Assembly (NCBI GenBank): GCA_965237675.1
Contig: OZ250150.1
Coordinates: 128,001-192,000 of the forward strand
DNA from: Candidatus Latescibacterota bacterium
GTDB lineage: Bacteria; Latescibacterota; UBA2968; GCA-2709665
Reading direction: 5' to 3'
Length of the DNA stretch: 64,000 nt
Part shown: positions 60,601 to 64,000 of the stretch, one piece after another
How positions within the stretch are numbered: the stretch's first letter is position 1
Layout: each line of letters opens with the position of its first letter
Translations under genes and position numbers: made by a program
The notes under the pieces: model-generated
The model's database searches: none
What the model was told of the DNA's origin: nothing
What the model saw: the letters and a program-made list of their open reading frames with translations, nothing else

Positions 60601-60798
60601 AGCCGGAACGAACCCCAGGGACGGTTGGCGGAGAAGGTGGACGGTGGTTGGCGGATCGACCGCGAGGGTAGAGGGCCGATGACCTCGGAAGACTTCCCCG
60701 TGGCCGTCGGCGATGGGGGACCGCGGTATTCGGTGGCAATGGTCGGCGCGGGCGATTGGGCGGAGATACCGAGTATCGTGCGGTTTTCCAGGACGTGA
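57658..60798 (+). CDS. Heparinase II/III-like polysaccharide lyase-fold protein
   Basis: GNYGMH, DG...ES.GY, HRHYDQLN, DIGY, T.AHNTVVVD. Confidence 0.82.
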   Translation: MADFLHTGTLADVLASGVFLFLLIGTARPVFASGGRAYYTDARMDVIRYNLAHYDWAREQSSGIIERAEHWASYEDAKLRTLVSPPQVPRGYQVHNDGCPVHGVKVHELGLYRWIIDFERPYKVTCPVGGETYPSSDFEAFLATGMEDRSLLTGPYADDGWGWHRPGDPVPANYWFVAYYAHWSMMRFLMEAIEVLGKATVLADDDVGARRYAHKCALLLWQLAEYYPDYEYERQSRESKEHNPNYTGKLFNMIWETRPPHTCAIAYDAVRPYLDADVVLQCIADKTGPEIDSTIRERLLLEAARCIMDASGGRIRGNYGMHQKALLTLARVLSTSEGRPHSDEMIQYVLANPNQVRDTDMGLRDALENLVYRDGMPHESLGYNDIWVHDLTELASLMVDMGVNLFEHPRYRKLVTWAFDVCIAGKFTPSTGDSGDMFAQGGAWQPAVCQIALPYVNDARLAWVLKTQPGVRQDLFTKPVEAQLSELPEEEDPEIGRRSFHFPAYGMANLQCGNETNRSAVSFFYGDHQAHRHYDQLNILFFSHDNALLTDIGYPEQTDSFNHRLAGFFTNTVAHNTVVVDAKRQGRGPGRLHGLITEGFAQAVDASCEGAYADRVDLYRRANMLVEAAPGQHYLFDVFYVNGGRQHDYMLHGNQAEFVCRPALGPVRESGTLAGGDVPYEQFYDDPELKDKRLSSVPYTGYRGSGYQFLYNVQKGHLDVDTIAEWRLTEPIEGQPERPWRGIGLRAHLIGRDEALFACDGPVQKYKYLPESVKFLVRRRAGPDLSSRFTTVFEPYRNKGWIRHATQIELKPNGAGAAAVRVEMEDGSTHYLFHALDSNREHTMENGFRVAGQMAVLALDNLGRPVRAMLFNGKILGMGDFQMSGMGMRRSRIVSVDYTQGTIQLADAAIGDELPPGQAIPVTSDGFSGSLTLAKVIDRRRFSIGDEDVRVAGGPVLEVDAERLITSASNPHAHTGMTLLNSRNEPQGRLAEKVDGGWRIDREGRGPMTSEDFPVAVGDGGPRYSVAMVGAGDWAEIPSIVRFSRT

Positions 60799-60975
60799 TC
60801 GTGTTGGGAGCAGCGGCGACGGTCGAAGTGCGACGCCGCTGCTTCTATACGGCCTGACAGCGTCAGGGCGGAAAGCTCGCGGTTTGGAAGGTCGGCTGGA
60901 TTTTAGAAAGTTTCACGCGGACAAAGACGATAGCAAGTCAATTCCCCTGTCCGCCGGAATCGCCCGGGTTTTCTG

Positions 60976-61980
60976 ATGGCGGGAAAAAACAAGACGATCG
61001 GCGCGCTCATCGAGGTCCGTCGAAAGGGTGTGGCCTGGCTGCTGGATCATATTAACGCGGACGGGTCGCTGGGAGATAAAACCGAGGGGTTCCATTTTTA
61101 CCGGGCGCCGTGGACGTTCTCGATTGTGGGCGAAACCGGGCCGGCGACGCGGGTTTGCGCCTGGATCCGACGGGAGATGTTGACACCGGAGGGCAGGATC
61201 GAAGGGCCGTATCGCGTGTTCGACGATGCGTACGCCTATCGGAATGCCACGCTGATTGTCGGCGCGCATCTGGCGCGGCAGTATGACTTGAGTTATGGGC
61301 TGATGCCGGATCTGCTTTCGTGGCAGGATCGCATATCGGGCGGATTTCACAACGACCGCGTGGCCGACGGACGCAGGAGTGACCGCATGGATATTCCGTA
61401 CGCATGCGGGCCCGGGCTGGCCTGCCTGGCAACGGGTCGTCTGGATGTAGCGCGATCGGTTTACCGGTTTTTGCAGCGGATGTATTCAGCGCAGGCGGAA
61501 TTGCCCGAACGGTTCTACTATGCCTGGTCGTGCGAGGAAGGCGGGGCGATTACCGGATTTTCAGTGGACGAGGCCTTCTGGCATGTGGTGGAGAACCGCG
61601 CGGACCGGCCGCAGCGCTGGACAGTCGGAGGCATCGCGGCGGGTTTCCTGTGTCGGCTTTATATGGCCGACCCTCACCCCGAATACCTGGCGCTCGCCCG
61701 TCGTTATCAGGCCTTTTCGATGGCGGCGACCGATGCACAGTTCAAGTACGCGCAGGCATGCAAGAGCAGTTGGGGTAGCGCTCTTTTGTATCAACTGACC
61801 GGCGAGCAGGCGTACCTGGATTGGGCCTGCCGGATGGGAGAATGGTACGAGCGGTTGCAGAAGCCGGAGGGGTACTGGCACTGGGAGGGACACGAGACGC
61901 TGGGATCGCGTATCGAGCTGACGCTGGAATTTGCCATGCACGTGGACACGTTGATCGGCTGTCTCGGTTCCCGGATGTGA
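60976..61980 (+). CDS. Hypothetical alpha/alpha-toroid protein
   Basis: Helical repeats with WLL..INADGS, WQD..SGGF, LQKPEGYW. Confidence 0.7.
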   Translation: MAGKNKTIGALIEVRRKGVAWLLDHINADGSLGDKTEGFHFYRAPWTFSIVGETGPATRVCAWIRREMLTPEGRIEGPYRVFDDAYAYRNATLIVGAHLARQYDLSYGLMPDLLSWQDRISGGFHNDRVADGRRSDRMDIPYACGPGLACLATGRLDVARSVYRFLQRMYSAQAELPERFYYAWSCEEGGAITGFSVDEAFWHVVENRADRPQRWTVGGIAAGFLCRLYMADPHPEYLALARRYQAFSMAATDAQFKYAQACKSSWGSALLYQLTGEQAYLDWACRMGEWYERLQKPEGYWHWEGHETLGSRIELTLEFAMHVDTLIGCLGSRM

Positions 61981-61992
61981 GGAGGATGCGCA

Positions 61993-63006
61993 GTGCGGGC
62001 TCTTGTGACCGGGGCGACAGGCCGAATCGGACGACACCTGGTACGGGCGCTGGCCGAGGCAGGGCATACCGTCCGGGCACTGGTGATGCCTCACGACAAC
62101 CGGGTGACGCTTTTGGCCCCGGAGGTGGAGGTGGCATACGGGCGTCTCGAAGCGCCTGCCTCGCTTGGCCCCGCTGTTGAGGGGATGGACGCCGTATTTC
62201 ATCTGGCCGGAGCATTGACTTCGGGAGGCGGCACGGAGGAGGAATTCGTCCATGTCAACATCCAGGGCACCTATCAATTGCTGAAGGCCGCGCGCGTCCG
62301 GGCGCCGGGGCTTGCACACTTCGTGTATGCCAGCAGCGATGCCGTCTATTTCGAAAGGCCGGACGCGGACGCCCGTTACCTGCCCGTGGACGAAGACCAT
62401 CCCCGACTGGCCGGAACGGTATACGGTGCAAGCAAGATCGGCGCGGAGGAACTCTGTCTGAGTTTCGGCCGCGGTTTTGGCGTACCCATAACGATCTTGC
62501 GATTTGGCGCTACCGCGGATGCCGGGGAACTCGTCAATCCCGAAAGCGTATTCGCTCGCTGGCTGTTTCTGAACGCGGCGATGGACCATCTAAGGGCGAT
62601 ACCCGCGTTGAACGGGGCGCAGTCGAAAACGCTGGCGGCTTTGGAGTCGTTGTATTCCGGCATCGAGCAACTCGTCGTTTACGCGGATTGCGACGGGAAC
62701 GCCGAGGTTCGGCAGTGGGCTGACGCGCGCGATATTGCCGAGGGATGTCTGCGCGTGCTCGGGGCGACGTCGGCCGTGGGACAAGTATTCAACCTGGGTG
62801 GACGCGAACCGCATTGCGCGGAGGAATTCGTAACCTTCCTGGCTGCACGGTTGAATCTGCCGCATGTAAAGGCCTGTATTCCAACCGCACGACGGCCCTG
62901 GTATATCACCAGCGACAAGGCGAAACGCATCCTGGGCTATGAAGCCAGGTACACGGTGTTTGATATGGTGGAAAACGCGATCCGGATGCGGGAGACGTCG
63001 GGATGA
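61993..63006 (+). CDS. NAD-dependent epimerase/dehydratase
   Basis: TGATGRIG, HLAG, ASSDAVY, YGASK. Confidence 0.9.
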   Translation: MRALVTGATGRIGRHLVRALAEAGHTVRALVMPHDNRVTLLAPEVEVAYGRLEAPASLGPAVEGMDAVFHLAGALTSGGGTEEEFVHVNIQGTYQLLKAARVRAPGLAHFVYASSDAVYFERPDADARYLPVDEDHPRLAGTVYGASKIGAEELCLSFGRGFGVPITILRFGATADAGELVNPESVFARWLFLNAAMDHLRAIPALNGAQSKTLAALESLYSGIEQLVVYADCDGNAEVRQWADARDIAEGCLRVLGATSAVGQVFNLGGREPHCAEEFVTFLAARLNLPHVKACIPTARRPWYITSDKAKRILGYEARYTVFDMVENAIRMRETSG

Positions 63007-63770
63007 ATCTTGCGTGTTGTGTGTGGGCGATCGAGGGATCGGAAAACGAGATTTTGGCCCGCGCGGCCGGGTTGGGGTTTCAGAAGATCGACGTACGGCC
63101 GTTCGCTTTTTCTTCGCACGAGGCGCGGCTGAAAATCCGGGAACACGGGCTTTCGGTTTCCTGTATCGCGGCATCGTTCGGGCTGCCGGAAGGTGCGATA
63201 CTGGGGAGCAATGACCTGGAATCCGCGACGGGAGCCGCATCGTATCTCGACCGGGCGCTGGCCTATGCCGCTGGTCTGGGAGCGTCCACGGCTTACGTCG
63301 TTCCGGAACGGGATCCGGCGTATCTGGACGTTTATGCGGCGGAATTGAGGAAGGTGGCCGAACGGGCCGGCGAATTGGGTGTACGGATGTGCGTGGAACA
63401 TTTCCCGGGTTCGGCGCTTCCCACGGCCGCCGTAACGACCGCATTCTTGCGGGATGTGGGGCATCCAAACCTGTTCCTCCTGCTCGATATCGGTCACGCC
63501 CAGATGTCCGGCGAAGACCCGGCAGCGGTAATTTCGAACGCGGGGCTCCTGCTGGGTTATGTCCATCTGGACGACAATGACGGATCGCGTGATCTGCACC
63601 TGGGTTTGACGGACGGGATTCTGACCGAGGCGGTGCTGAGCGATACCATTGCCGCCTTGAGGGATATCGGCTACCGCGGCGGTCTGAGTCTGGAGTTACA
63701 CCCCGGTCTGCCGGATCCTCCGGATGCCCTCAGACGCAGCAGGGAAATTGTACTGCGTGCGATACGATGA
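63003..63770 (+). CDS. Sugar phosphate isomerase/epimerase (TIM barrel)
   Basis: VEH, LDIGH, VHLDDNDG..DLHL, LEL. Confidence 0.88.
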   Translation: MNLACCVWAIEGSENEILARAAGLGFQKIDVRPFAFSSHEARLKIREHGLSVSCIAASFGLPEGAILGSNDLESATGAASYLDRALAYAAGLGASTAYVVPERDPAYLDVYAAELRKVAERAGELGVRMCVEHFPGSALPTAAVTTAFLRDVGHPNLFLLLDIGHAQMSGEDPAAVISNAGLLLGYVHLDDNDGSRDLHLGLTDGILTEAVLSDTIAALRDIGYRGGLSLELHPGLPDPPDALRRSREIVLRAIR

Positions 63771-63875
63771 AGAATGGACATTGGCCGAAAACGGCCGGAT
63801 GACGGCAACGGCGCGTCTATCGTACCCGCATTTGATCCGCGACGGTGTGGCATCAAAAGATACGGAATGACTGAT

Positions 63876-64000
63876 TCAAACCGTGTGTTTGGGAGGTCGA
63901 GCCGGAACACCTGCCAACAGCCCCTGAGCGCTTATATCTTCATCAAGGTCAGGCCAGCGAACCCCGATTCCATCGCCAATAATTTCGTGGTTGGCGCGTT
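63876..64000 (-). CDS. C-terminus of a DUF2442-like protein (truncated by the window edge)
   Basis: IIGDGIGVRWPDLDEDISAQGLLAG. Confidence 0.75.
   Translation of the reverse strand, partial: RANHEIIGDGIGVRWPDLDEDISAQGLLAGVPARPPKHTV

Overview
GC-rich bacterial chromosome segment from a diderm (TolC/RND pump present). The many PhyH dioxygenases, Zn-independent MDR, sugar-isomerase and heparinase-like genes resemble Latescibacterota/Gemmatimonadota/Poribacteria-type genomes; this is an inference only. The window opens with the 3' end of a probable defence locus: a truncated large gene whose C-terminus resembles an HhH-GPD/DUF2400 glycosylase fold, translationally coupled to a SNF2 helicase, followed by gene fragments. 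Core and accessory metabolism follow: an RND efflux operon, four PhyH genes, an M16 peptidase, frdABCD, fumC, a ColC/ColD-like deoxysugar cluster, meaB with a B12-binding subunit, an ABC-2 exporter, nfeD-floA, tRNA-Leu(CAA), tRNA-Met(CAT), two TA modules and a heparinase-like cluster. Intergenic DNA carries a modular, nested and chimeric family of small non-autonomous elements (two TIR families plus exchangeable 23-36 bp hairpin units), some overlapping host stop codons. There are also several internally collapsed genes. All protein assignments come from motif recognition by eye; no database searches were run.
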